From assembly GCA_964291365.2 (NCBI GenBank), contig OZ219975.1, positions 693-64,692 on the forward strand: DNA of 64,000 nucleotides, in the 5' to 3' direction. The translations under genes and the position numbers were made by a program. Under the pieces are notes generated by a model. It made no database searches and had not been told where the DNA came from. It worked only from the letters and a program-made list of their open reading frames with translations. This document shows positions 1 to 12,148 of the stretch, one piece after another (position 1 is the first letter of the stretch; the number at the start of each line of letters is the position of its first letter). Source of the DNA: Stappiaceae bacterium (GTDB lineage Bacteria; Pseudomonadota; Alphaproteobacteria; Rhizobiales; Stappiaceae).

Positions 1-655
1 AGCCAGCCAACTAGCTGATTGATTCCCCAAGCCTCTAGGCTGAAGGTCTCCAGTTTATGGCGCATACAATGTAGGGATCGTCGATAGACAACCAAGAGAA
101 AAACCGTTGCGACGACCACTAAGGAAGTGCGCAAGCGTCTGGCCTTCTTAGATCCATTCTCGCTCGCTCTGGCAGTCCACCATTGGGAATTATGGCTCTA
201 TCTTGGAGAGTTGAAGTCAGTCGTTCAATGTGAGTCCTTTTTTTTTATGTTCATTAGCGTTCAAAACGTTCGCTACGTTTTGGTTATGCGAGATAGTTTT
301 GATGCTCAAACAACATTCAAAATCTGGGGAGTGGACATAGCCTGTCCCACCATTGCTAATATAACCAGCCAAATCGCTGATAGATATCTCAGACCCCTTG
401 GATAAAGGTCTCGAGTCTAAAGCGCATGCGCCGTGTTCGTTGGGGTTCATCGACGGACAACTAACCGCAGTACGGCGGTTTTTGTATTGGCTGTCCATCG
501 ACCACTCCTACCAACCCTCCTCGAGCTCTTAGATCCAAACCTCTCTCGCTTTGGCAATCCATCATTGAGAATTATGGCTGTATCTTGGAGAGTTAAGGCA
601 ACTCGCTCAATGTGAGCCCTCATTGGTGGTTCATTATCCTATTTAGTATTCAAAA
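1..655 (+). repeat. Satellite 2 (330-405 bp unit), about 2 units
   Basis: The unit core is ..ctgattgatttccc..tcttcagtctacaGCGCATGCGCtgttctgtagggatcgtcgatggacaactaacc..ctGCGCATGCGCc..ttttcgctcgctttggcgatctatcatcgagaattatggttgtatcttggagag..gtcgctcaatgtgagccc. It recurs here and at 18655-19742, 41459-42327, 43731-44639, 45994-46683 and 47357-47760. Partial units lie at about 955-1095 and 48745-48885. Confidence 0.85.
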
Positions 656-2389
656 TCAAGAGCCAGTAGTTTAGTTTGAACATCCAATTTTGTTGAACTT
701 TCGTTCATATGCTCAGGAAAGGCAAGAATTTATCAAACACTGTAAATTACTGAACGTAGATTTCCCTACCTGATCAACATTGAAGAATGGAAATTTATAT
801 CACATACAACCTATAAACATTTACTCTACTCTTTCAACAAATCCATTTCTGTAGCACTGCTTCTTTAATACCATCATTTGCCACCACTTTATCTCAATTT
901 TTGTTCACACTTTTGCTTTTGACTATTAGGCCTCTTTTTGTCATTAAAATTAATTCGATCTCCATGTTTTGGCTATAATGAGATCGTTTTGAAGCTCTAA
1001 CCTAGTATTCAAAATCTAGGGAGTGGCCATAGCCTTTCCCACAACTGGTAATATAGCCATCCGAATGAATGATTTGATGTCTCATGCTACTAATTGTAGT
1101 TCACCTACACTTGCACTGTACAGAGTGCATCCAACAAGAAGCCAGCCACAATGGTGTCGTATGCAGGGAACTTGAGACCGATTGTGTGCTACTGCCACGA
1201 CGTACTCCAAATGGACACGACTGAAGCGGAGGAATATCTGGCCACTGCCTGCAAGCAGTTAGCTCGACAAACACCAAGACGCCAGTCTGGTCGGGCACAA
1301 CTTGCACTCCAAAGGATGCTGCCTCTGGGAAGGGGGGCCGAGTTTGCAACAATGGAGATTGTTGATCAGCGCCACCACCCCCTACAGAGTACACGAATCA
1401 CAGGAAAATGGAATGCCTGCGTTATCAGCAGTGACGGACAAGCTTCTCCGAGACTTGAAGACTATAAGACGGTAGAGACACACGGCGAACAGGTGACAGA
1501 CTTGTCCAGTAACGAGGAGTGTCGTAAACATATCATTCCTGTTATGTTGGTTTACATTGACAAGTGGTGTCCCCTTCGTGCTGGCCGTAGTCACTCCGTT
1601 ATGTTTTCGTCAAGAATTGAGCAGCTAGGCTGTGTGCCGGTAGGTGTGCGTGGCACTGTAACAGAGCAACCATTTGCTCTGTACTTAATGGCGGCTACTG
1701 TAACCGAGCAAAGTATTTGTTTTAAACAGGGCACTGTAACCAAGCAACGATGCTACAAGCACACATATACGTTGGGGCATTGTTCATGGACTCCGCGAGT
1801 TTGAACGCGATCGGTTGCTATAGCCAGTAGTTACGCGCTTGCAACCGTGACGACCTTAGGCCATTTATTGCTAACCCGGCGTGGCCCCACCCACCCGTGC
1901 AACACAATGTTCAGTACGTGCAAAAGACAGAGTCGTGAGTGGATCAAGAAAAAGAAGACCGGACCTGAGGAGGTAAGTAGCTGTAATCGTAATAATATAG
2001 TTTTAACCATCTACAATAGGTACTAGAATCGAAAACTAAGCCTGTGTTTTAGTAGCCATGAAGCTAGCTAAGTGATAGTGACTAGTTACCGAAAGTAGTG
2101 GCATGTATAGCCCTTATTTATCCCCCTGTAAGCAGTATCTAAATTAACTCAGTCATTCTTTACATGCGTCAGTAGGTAGCAACATCTTGGAACCATCAGA
2201 TGGTCGAGTAGTCCCTATTCTCTTGGTGTGCATTAATTAGAATGATCACGAGGTATTAACTGTTGTGGACACATGGTACTTTGGCAGCAACAGCAAGATC
2301 AAAATAAAGGTAAGTACAGTAGGTAGTGATGTGAAATGATGTTCAATAGCATAAGATATGACCAGCAAGTTAAAAATGACTTGCTAACA

Positions 2390-3058
2390 CCTAGGACATC
2401 CTGCTTTTGTTGTGTGACCTTCAGCCCATCTTGTTCATTTTTTGTGTCCCAATCCATCGCAGCCTTTTGTTGAGCACTTGCTCTGTTTTCTCTTTCTCTG
2501 TCCAGCAGTTGTACTTGCAGATGAGGATGAAGATGTTTGAGCAGAAGTTTGTGCTGTCGAGGAGGTAGATGACACAACGGTGGGTGGTGGCAAGTAATCT
2601 GGACGGCGATCGTGAGAAATAAAACGCTCATACATGGTAAACTTGTTGGCCATTTTATCAGCCGAAATACTGTGAAGGTGGCTATCACTGTAGTTGGTGG
2701 TTGGGACTCCAACTGCAGTGCTGACTCGGACACGAAGTGAGGAATCCTTCCACTCACCAGCAAAGCAATTCTCATGCACCTTCATCACCACATTTCCATT
2801 GTGTGCCTTCACTACGCACACCGGGAAGGTCTGAGTACTTGTCTCCAAGACTGTCTCGCCAGGTGAGAACTTGCTGTCCGTCAGATAGCTTTCAGCTCAT
2901 AAATGGAGAACACGTCTTCTCTTATAGACACTTCCAATCACTGAAAAGAGACGGTCTGGGGCAAACTTTGTGTGTCCAGCTACCATGAAGCTGATATGGA
3001 TGTGGTCGATCTCTCCAGAACTCACCATCTCCATGGCCCAAGAGAATAAGTATTTATT
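2390..3058 (-). pseudogene. Family-B transposase remnant, C-terminal part (copy 1)
   Basis: The minus-strand translation reads YLFSWAMEMVSSGEIDHIHISFMVAGHTKFAPDRLFSVIGSVYKRR. This aligns with YLLWRVMTGQHKHITLSFMIPGHTKFSPDWCFGLLKKKYRR of the intact transposase at 31592-32800. There is an in-frame TGA at 2897-2899. ORF 2435-2848 follows and ends in CSTKGCDGLGHKK*TRWAEGHTTKAGCP, a C2HC-type zinc-finger-like pattern broken by another in-frame stop. Confidence 0.75.
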
Positions 3059-4110
3059 ATTGTATGAAGCCATATTAGATCAAAGGCTTTTGTAGTTCAA
3101 TAAATTCCATACTGCCAACAGCAGTTCAATATTTTCCAGTGGCAAATAGAAAATTGTTGTGTTAACTAATTGAGTTGTCTACATCATGTCTGACCAAACT
3201 ACATGTGTATAATTGCAGGGAGCATCCACAAAAACCAGGTTGATGGTACACAAAAAAATCCCCTAGAAGGTCACTTCATGCATACAGTTGGAGAATGTTC
3301 CAGCCAGTATGCAGGGTATGTGAGCCAAAGGATTAGCAGTTGGAGCTGTACTGTGGCAGGTTAACTGACCTCAGGGACAGTGAGTAGAGGAACCAGGCTT
3401 GTAGGCCTACTGCTCCAACTGCTGATTCTTTTGCTCATAATGTCTGGGACGTTCAGAATATAATCGAATTGGGCTCAGCCCAACAAAGCTTAGTTCACCT
3501 TGGCAGTGGTGCTGGCAGGATACTCAGCAAAAGCAGCTGTAGACCCTCGTTTATTCACCGATCATCATCCGAAAAGACGCCGCTCTGTCACAGTGGTATC
3601 TTGTCCAAGCAGGTTCGAAACTCGCGATCAAGTTGTAGCTCGAACCATGCTCGAACGTACCGGCCTCGTTTCACAAGATCAGTGGTCATCAAACGTAGGA
3701 TCATCAGTGATTCAAACGATCTCCCCACTCTGGCTTGAGTAGCGAAGGTAGCGTGGCACGATAGAATCGCTCGCTTGTCGAACTGGAAAATGATCGGATC
3801 CACAGCCTCGCTGATAGCCTAGCTAGTTTTGAACGTCAGTGATTCAGCTCCACTCTGACTCGAGTAGTGAGGGTAGCACAACCTGATCGCTCGTTCAACT
3901 GGACATCGGATCCACAGCTTTGCAAATGGCCTAGCTAGTTTGAACACTAGATTCACACAATAAACCAGTTAATGTACCGCTTTTTCTCGTTCCATATGGG
4001 AGTTATTACACTCGGGGCGTGGCTCAAGGGCAAATACAGCACTTGGCTTCGCCTCGTGCTGTATTTGCCTCTCGCACCGCCCCTCGTGCAATCGAAGGGG
4101 TACATTGACT
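3059..4110. mobile_element. Unclassified 1.05-kb insertion splitting the family-B transposase ORF
   Basis: It is flanked by imperfect 10-bp direct repeats, AGTATTTATT (3049-3058) and AGTATTTCTT (4111-4120). The reading frame continues across the repeats (..DNATCTNKKY | ..YNNKYLFSW..). No TIRs were seen. It contains two tandem repeats of about 120 bp (about 3700-3960), a long hairpin (about 4005-4085) and a tRNA B-box-like ggttcgaaa at about 3612. It is present in both duplication copies. Confidence 0.6.
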
Positions 4111-4111
4111 A

Positions 4112-5328
4112 GTATTTCTTGTTGGTGCATGTGGCGTTGTCGAGGAAAATGGCAAGTCGGTGAATCCATGGATGGTGCTGGCGGAGCCGATTCCAGTAGT
4201 GAGTTAAGAAAGAGAGTGTGTGATCTGTGTATTTAGGACCAACGCGTTCATTAAACAGGTACACCACTGAGTTGTTTTTTGAGTGGTCAACTACTCCAAA
4301 GACGTCGTGGGAAACTTTCTGAAGATAGTACGTTGATCCAGGTTGCTCAGTTTTCCCCCATGATGGTATCAGTTTGGACTGCTGGTAGTCAGCACTGATA
4401 GTGGCAGTAAAACCGTACTTTGCTCCTTCTAGATCCTCTCGCTCTCTTCTCGTCAACACCTGCATCTTGGTGAGTTGCTCGATCTTTGCCCACTGCTCTC
4501 TGCACTTAGCCTTGTATACAGTACTCTCTAGATCATGTTGCAACTGTCTTGTGATCTGCCAATTCCTCTTACAGCTCCCGTTTGGTGGACTCATGGGCCC
4601 TAAGCTAACCTTCAAAGGCGCTACTCGACTGCTCTGCTGCAACCGATTGAGTACTGCCTGGTTTTGTGACAATTGCTGCTTAAGGTGTTTGCACGTGTCA
4701 CAGTAGTCTGTCATACTGGGATGCAGTGCTACCTTGGGTCGGTACTTCTGGAGCCAGTTAGTTGCAGCAGTGTTATGACACGTTTGTCTCCCTTTCTCTG
4801 TTTGTGCCTTGTTAAATTGAGAGACCACAAATGACTGTAATTGCTCCTCGTAGATTTTTTTCTCCCATTTTAGGTGCCGCAATTCGAGTGAACTTCGGAA
4901 GGAGAAAAAATTGGGCACTATAGCTACCAGACCATTGGGCTGGGAGTTGATGTCAACAAACTCAAGAAAGTCTGCCATTGCTTGCTTCTTGGCATGGTTA
5001 GATTCCTTACCAGCTGAACCATGACGTTTGTGTGGGAACTGAACCTCAACTATGTCGTCATTATCTACCAGCTTCCACCAAGCACCAAACGTCAAGATAT
5101 CGTCATCCTCATCATCATGCAGCAAGTAATCTTCTAACCTCTGCTCTACTACTACTTCCCTTTTCGTCAGTTCTAAGATAGGCTGGTCCTTTTGCTTCTG
5201 TTTGATGATCCGCTGCCGAGTGAGTCGGGTTGTATGAACTCCTAGGCAAGAAACAAGACACTTGCGACAGAGGAGGAGATTCCCACGTGCGTCGATTACA
5301 TTCTGTCGTAGTAACTGGTTTTGAGCTT
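4112..5328 (-). pseudogene. Family-B transposase remnant, N-terminal and core part (copy 1)
   Basis: ORF 4109-5125 has 338 aa, and the same frame stays open upstream to about 5328 without an ATG. It reads ..MTDYCDTCKHL..ATISADYQQSKLIPSWGKTEQPGSTYYLQKVSHDVFGVVDH..LAIFLDNATCTNKKY. This is homologous block by block to the intact transposase (MSDLCWVCQQN, AHYSFDMAQQVFYP..PGPMYFLTPRKCAIFGV, HLHADNCGGQNKN). It is terminated by the 3059-4110 insertion. Confidence 0.8.
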
Positions 5329-5402
5329 TGTGTGTGTGTGTGTGTGTGTGCGTGTGTGTGTGCGTGCGTGTGTGTGTGTGACGTGTGTGTGTGTGTGTGT
5401 GT
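5329..5402. repeat. (TG)n microsatellite, imperfect
   Basis: A direct read shows tgtgtg with cg and ac interruptions. It produces the HTHTHT and CVCVCV ORF artefacts. Confidence 0.95.
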
Positions 5403-5464
5403 AAGAGAGGGAGAGGGTGATATTGTGTATTGTATTATGATCATTGTATTGAAAACAATAATAT

Positions 5465-8400
5465 GTGTGTGTGAGTAATGTGCGTGTATACATGTAAAAC
5501 TTCAGCTTGTTGTGTATCAGAGCGAGCGATTGGAATGTACCGAGCATCTAGGACTAGCCTGCTGTTAAGATGGCACATCTTATCATTAAGACACGGCTAA
5601 GATGGCACATTGTTAAGCCGAATGAGCATAAGCATGTGTGAGTAACGTACATGCATACATGTGAAACTTCAGCTTGTTGTGTATCAGAGCGAGAGATTGG
5701 AATGTACCGAGCATTTTGGAATAGCCTGCTGTTTAGAGGGCACATCTTTCAACAGTAAGCCTGGGCTAAGCTGTCACAACTTTAAGCTGAAGGAGCATAA
5801 TAGTGTGTGAGTATTTTACGTGCGTACATGTGAAACTTCAGCTTGTGTATCAGAGCGAGTGGTTGGAATGTACCGAGCATTTAGGACTAGCCTACTGTTA
5901 AGATGGCACATCTTTCGGCAGTAAGACTCACCTAAGATGGCACATCCCTTAGCTGAAAGCGTATAAGATTGGGTGAGTAATGTGTGAGTGTACATGTGAA
6001 ATTTCCGTTTGTTATGTGTTTGAATGAGCAGTTCAAATGTACCGAGCTTTAGGTGTCTAGCCTTCTGCTAAGACTTCACATCTTTCAAAAGTAAGACTCA
6101 GCTAAGATGGCACATCTTTAAGTTGAAAGAGTATAAGAGTGTGTGAGTAATGTGCGTGTGTACGTGTGAAACTTCAGCTTGTTGCGTATCAGAGCGAGCA
6201 ATTGGAATGTACTGAGCATTTAGGACTTGCCTGCTGTTAAGGTGGCACATCTTTCAACAGTAAGACTCGGCTAAGATGGCACATCTTTAAGCTGAATGAG
6301 CATAACAGCGTGCGAGTTATGTGCGTGTGTACATGTGAAACTTGAGCTTATTGTGTATCAGAGCGAGCGATTAGAATGTACCAAGCATTAAAGACTAGCC
6401 TGCTGTTAAGATAGCACATCTTTCAAAAGTAGGACTCAGCTAAGATGGCACATCTTTAAGCTGAATGAGGATATGAGTGTGTGAGTAATGTACGTGTGTA
6501 CATGTGAAACTTCAGCTTGTGTATCAGAGCAACCAACTGGAATGTACCGAGGATTTAGGACTAGCCTGCTGTTAAGATGGCACATATTTCACAGTAAGAC
6601 TCAACTTAGATGGTACATATTTAAGCTGAATGAGTATACGAATGTGAGAGTAATATGCGTGTGTACATGTGAAACTTCAGTTTGTAGTGTATCAGAGCGA
6701 GCGATTGGAATGTACCGAGCATTAAGGACAAGCCTGCTGTTAAGATGGTACATCTCTCAACAGTAAGACTCAGCTAAGATGGCACATCTTTAAGCTGAAT
6801 GAGCATAAGAGTGTGTGAGTAGTGTACGTGTGTACATGTGAAACTTTAGCTTGTTGTGTATCAGAGCGAGCGAATGGAATGTACCGAGCATTTAGGACTA
6901 GCCCGCTGTTAAGATGGCACTTCTTTCAACAGTAAGACTCAGCTAAGATCGCACATTTTTAAGCTGAATAAGCATAAGAATGTGTGAGTAATGTACGTGT
7001 GTACATGTGAAAATTCAGCTTGTTGTGGAGCGAGCAATTGGAATGTTCTGAGCATTTAGGACTAGCATGCTGTTAAGATGGCAAATCTTTCAACAGTGAG
7101 ACTCTGCTAAGATGGCTCATCTTTAAGCTGAATGAGCATAAGAATGTGTGAGTAATGTACGTGTGTACATGTGAAACTTCAGCTAGTAGTGTATCAGAGT
7201 GAGCGATTGGAATGCATCCAGCATTTAGGACTAGCCTGCTGTTAAGATGGCACATCTTTCCATAGTAAAGCTCAGCTAAGATGGCACATCTTTAAACTGA
7301 ATGAGCATAAGAATGTATGAGTAATGTACGTGTGTACATGTGAAACTTCAGCTTGTTGTGTATCAGAGCGAGCATTTAGGACAAACCTGCTGTTAAGATG
7401 GCATATCTTTCAACAGTAAGACTCAGCTAAGATGGCACATCTTTAAACTGAATGAGCATAAGAATGTATGAGTAACGTACGTGTGTACATGTGAAACTTC
7501 AGCTTGTGTATCAGAGCGTGCGATTGGAATGCGAGCGTGCGATTGGAATGCTTCAAGCATTTAGGACTAGCCTGCTGTTAAGATGGCACAACTTTCAACA
7601 GTAAGATTCAGCTAAGATGACACATCTTTAAGCTGAATGAGCATAAGAGTGTGTGAGTAATGTACGTGTGTACATGAGAAACTTCAGCTTGTTGTGTATC
7701 AGAGCGAGTGATTGGAATGTATCGAGCATTTAGGTCTAGCCTGCTGTTAAGAAGGCACATCTTTCAACAGTAAGACGATGGCACATCTTTAAGCAGAATG
7801 AGCATAAGAATTTTTTAATAATGTACGTGTGTACATGTAAAACTTCAGCTTGTTGTGTATCAGACTGAGTGATTGGAATGTATCGAGCATTAGGACTAGC
7901 CTGCTGTTAAGATGGCACAACAGTAAGATTCAGCTAAGATGGCACATCTTTAAGCTGAATGAGCATAATAGTGTGTGAGTAATGTACATGTGAAACTTCA
8001 ACTTGTTTTGTATCAGAGTGGGCAATTGGATAATACCGAGCATTTAGGACAATCCTGCTGTTAAGATGGCACTTCTTTTAACTCTAAGACTCAGCTAAGA
8101 TGGCACACCTTTAAGCTGAATGAACATAAGAATGTGAGAGTAATGTACGTGTGTACATGTGAAACTTCAGCTTGTTGTGGAGCGAGTGATTGGAATGTAC
8201 TGAGTGTTTAGGACTAGCCTGCTGTTAAAATGGCACATCATTCAACAGTAAGACTCAGCTAAGATGGCTCATCTTTAAGCTGAATGAGCATAAGAATTTG
8301 TGAGTAATGTACGTGTGTACATGTAAAACTTCAGCTTCAGAGTGAGCGATTGGAATGTATCGAGCATTTAGGACTAGCCTGCTGTTAAGATGGTACATCT

Positions 8401-8815
8401 TTAATCTGAATGAGCATAATAGTGTGTGAGTATTGTACGTGTGTACATGTGAAACTTCTGCTTGTTGTGGAGCGAGTGGTTGGAATGTACTCAGCATTTA
8501 GGACTAGCCTGCTGTTAAGATGGCACATCTTTCAACAGCTAAGATGGCACATCTTTAAGCTGAATGAGCATTAGAGTGTGTGAGTAATGTACATGTGTAC
8601 ATGTGAAACTTCAGCTTGTTGAGGAGTGAGCGATTGGAATGTACTGAGCATTTAGGACTAGCCTGCTGTTAAAATGGCACATCTTTCAATAGTAAGACTG
8701 CTTGTGTATCGGAGCGAGCGATTGGAATGTTCCTAGCATTCTAGTGACTAGTAAGATGGCACATCTTTAAGTTGAAAGGTTATGAGTGTGTGAGCAATAG
8801 GCTCGTGTACATGAG
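5465..8815 (+). repeat. 169-bp satellite array (about 20 monomers)
   Basis: The monomer is gtgtgtgagtaatgtacgtgtgtacatgtgaaacttcagcttgttgtgtatcagagcgagcgattggaatgtaccgagcatttaggactagcctgctgttaagatggcacatctttcaacagtaagactcagctaagatggcacatctttaagctgaatgagcataagag. The 169-bp period was measured between identical landmarks at 38821, 38990 and 39159. Each monomer contains the core taagatggcacatcttt twice. Confidence 0.95.
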
Positions 8816-9362
8816 TTTCGTTGGCTATGGGGAAGTATTTGGAACACATTCCTCCATACCAAAAGTACCTAGTATTGATGAATGTCCATCTCATCGTATA
8901 AAAACTTGCATATGTAAGTTGTTATATTATGCATCAATTATTATTATAGAATCAGTTCATGGCTACTATGAATGTCGTTGGAAGTAGAGAGAGCTGAAAA
9001 AGTGCTGAAGAGGAAAATGAAAAGCAGGAAGCATTCTAGTTTTAGCTGTGATTGACTAACTACACCAACTGAGTGGATGTAGTAGTCGGTGGCGGGCCAT
9101 GCAGTCTGATGGGACAGACGGATCATAGAGACGGAGTCACACGATGGACAATACTAGATAAAACGGAGTAACTAGACGGACTCAGCACAGATCAGATAGC
9201 GGACTCAGTGAAATTGTCCGTAAAAAGTGGTCCCAATACGGGCGACAATGGTACTTGTTATCCTGGACATCGGAGATTCCGTTCAAAGCTCGTCTATTCG
9301 GCGAACGCGGACATCGTTCTCCCTGTATACGTGCGCAGTTCACGCGGCTACGTTTTACAGTG
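8816..9362 (+). mobile_element. Right arm of a CACTA/CMC-like satellite-carrying element (degenerate TIR)
   Basis: It is homologous to 40541-41266 and 58491-59200. It has an ACGG/CCGT-rich subterminal region and ends in cgttttacagtg (9351-9362), versus cgttttcctgtg in intact copies. Satellite resumes immediately after it. Confidence 0.75.
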
Positions 9363-10356
9363 TGTGTGTATTAGAGCAAGCAATTGGAATGTACTGAGCA
9401 TTTAGGACTGGCCTGCTGTTAAGATGGCACATCTTTTAACAGAAAAATTCAGTTTAGATGGCACATCACTAAGCTGATAGGGTATAAGTGTGTGTGAGTA
9501 ATGTGTGTGTGGAAATGTGAAACTTCAGCTTGTTACGTATCAGAGCGAGCAATTAGAATGTACCGAACATTAAGGACTAGCCTGCTGTTAAGATAACACA
9601 TCTAGCAACGGTAAGACTCAGCTATGACAGCACACCTTAAAGCTGAATGAGCATAAGAGTGTGTGAGTAATGTACGTGCGTACATATGAAACTTCAGCTT
9701 GTTGTGTATCAGAGCGAGCAATTGGAATGTACTAAGCATTTAATACTCGCATGCTGTTAAGATAGCCCATCTTTCAACAGTAAGACTCAACAAAGATGGC
9801 ACATCTTTAATCTGAATGAGCATAAGAGTGTGTGAGTAATGTGCGTGTGTACATATGAAACTTGAGATTTTTGTGTATCAGAGCGAGAAATTTGAATGTA
9901 CCGAGCATCTATGTCTAGCCTGCTGTTAAGATGGCCCTTTTATCAACAGTTTGATTCGACTAAGATGGCACATCTTTGAACTGAATCAGTAAAAGAGTTT
10001 GTGAGTAATCTACGTGCGTACATGTGAAACTTCAGCTTGTTGTGCATCAGAGTGAGTGATTGGAATGTCCTGAGCATACAAGAAAAGCCTGCTGTTAAGA
10101 TGGCACATCTTTCAACAGTAGGACCCATCTTAGATGGCACATCTTCAAGCTGAACGTGCATAAGAGTGTGTGAGTGATGTACGTGCGTACATGTGAAACT
10201 TCAGCTTCAAGGTTGTGTATCAGAGCGAGCGATTGGAATGTACCGAGCATTTAGGACTAGCCTTCTGTTTAGGTGGCATATATTTCATCTGTAAAACTCA
10301 GCTAACATGGCACATCTTTAAGCTGAGAGGGTATAAGCGAGTGAGAATAACGTGCT
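9363..10356 (+). repeat. 169-bp satellite array
   Basis: Same monomer family, about 6 monomers and more diverged. Confidence 0.9.
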
Positions 10357-10359
10357 GGT

Positions 10360-10738
10360 CAAAACTGATTTGGTTGTAGTTGAATAACACTATCACTATG
10401 TGGTTCAAAGGGCACGTGTCCAGCAACAAACTGAGAACACGGACATGTACGCGGATTTGTGAGCGGACAAGTATACAATAGTATCTGATCCCCTAAGATT
10501 CTTAGGGTAACGGAGCATGCGCAGACAGTGTGTACAAGGCCCTTTCTCCTCCCTTCAATGAGCCTAGGGACGACGCTACCACACAACCAGCTGAAGTTTC
10601 ACATGCACACACACACAATACTCACACACTCTTATACCATTTCAGCTTAAAGATGTGCCATATTAGCTGAGTCTTACTGTTGAAGAATGTGCCATCTTAA
10701 CAGCTGGCTAGTCACACAGACGTTTGGTAAACTCCAAT
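10360..10738 (-). other. 379-bp segment inverted relative to duplication copy 2 (60897-61275)
   Basis: ORF 10359-10586 (-) and ORF 61049-61321 (+) encode the same peptide (MCGSVVPRLIEGRRKGLVHTVCACSV..). The reverse complement of 10360-10738 reads as 60897-61275. The flanks on both sides are collinear. Confidence 0.9.
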
Positions 10739-12019
10739 TTTTGTGAAATATCGTTGCCTATGTGCCCTTCAAGCGATCGCGAAAGGTGACGATGTTAACA
10801 AGGACTGGCGAAGAAGCTGACTATGCTGCCTCTTGTTACTGAAATCGTTTTTAAGGCCAAGTTGGACAGCCGTACGGGAGAGTGATTTCTTGGCTCTTTC
10901 TCTTAACATACGATCGGTAATGATAGTCTAGAAGTAGTTCCTATCCTTGAAAAGCCTGAAACTTGGGCTGTATACACAGGAGAAAATGGGTGTTAATACG
11001 TGTACCGTCCGTGCCCGTAAGTTCCGCGCATACGGTGCAAATACGGTAACAGCACGGATCGCTCCGACGGTCTCGTCAAACACCGTAGTGGGAACAAAAT
11101 TTACACGACCAAAGCACGGAACCGTTCAGTCTTCCGTCGTTGTCCGTCTCACCTACCGTATATGTGGACCATATACCGTCCCACACACCGTCTCAGTGCT
11201 TGTCAAACCGTGCATAGGCCCGTCCAAAGCTGTACCAACGGCGACCGTTCTACGATCCGTTATACATGTACTGCGGCACGTTCACGCTGTACCGTATATA
11301 TAAACTCCGCCCAATGAAATAAATCACATGAATAATAAATTATTAAAGAAGTGAACGATCGAGAAAACAAGGCAAGGCAAATACAAAAAAAAGAGATACG
11401 TACACATAGCTATTTATACAAAAAATATAGCTATACATAGAATATACAAGATGAAAAGGACTAACTAAAGAGTAGTTGACATAACCGGTGTGGAACCCCT
11501 CTAAATTAACATGATGGAAGATTATCTAGAGGTGTAGCCCCCCTCCCCAAGTTGAATGAAGACAGGGAATGGGGGTCATGGTATTGAGAACTGACACAGA
11601 ATTTCAGTCATCAACCTTGAGCTGTCAAAGTTAGTCTAAGAGGAGTTCCACTACATACATGTAGCTATAGTTGTACACATTCACCATACATGATTGTTCA
11701 GTTCAAGTTCAGATCGTGCTAATTTCAGCTCCTGTATGAATGAAACAAGTCTTATAACTTCTTGTGGTGTTCAGCAGTATAACGTTGCTCACCATGTATA
11801 GGGTCCCAGTACAGCTAGATGTTCTGGACCTCATGTAGACTAAGTATTCCATCTTAACACGGAGTTCCCTATAAGGACAGTAAGTAAGCATAGATCCAAT
11901 GAAAAGGTACAAACTCACTTTTAGCTTAATAAACTGTTTCCAGTGAGGATGATTTGGCTGTGTTACAGAAGTTTAACTTTCAACAGCGAGCGAGCCTGCA
12001 CACTAGAGAGAATACATGC

Positions 12020-12148
<129 letters not shown>

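Noticed and set aside
330-360. 5S rRNA similarity of satellite 2 (gtggccatagcc.gt.ccacc versus 5S ggccataccaccctg)
   Set aside because: Only about 8-10 bp match, and there are no internal control region or C-box equivalents.
1151-1804. 217-aa ORF (twin at 48940-49593) as a gene
   Set aside because: It has no recognisable domain and contains short DNA-level repeats (actgtaac[ac]gagcaa three times). The overlapping antisense ORFs are equally long. Its conservation is explained by the segmental duplication alone.
1907-2309. Possible + strand exons: ATG..GAG|GTAAGT (1907-1972, MFSTCKRQSREWIKKKKTGPEE) and a 22-nt micro-exon cag|CAACAG..AAAG|gtaagt (2288-2309)
   Set aside because: The splice consensus is good, but I could not connect them to any downstream open frame. 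They lie in the 3' region of the family-B transposon remnant. The evidence is too weak to annotate.
3560-3650. tRNA gene or tRNA-derived SINE head (cacagtggtat...ggttcgaaactcg)
   Set aside because: Only a B-box-like and a weak A-box-like motif are present, spaced too closely for a cloverleaf. No acceptor or anticodon stems could be drawn.
5465-10356. ORFs of 60-92 aa inside the 169-bp satellite (e.g. 6488-6766, 7073-7255, 8255-8497, and their copy-2 twins)
   Set aside because: Their peptides repeat with the monomer period, occur on both strands, and break wherever a monomer mutates. They are translation artefacts of tandem DNA.
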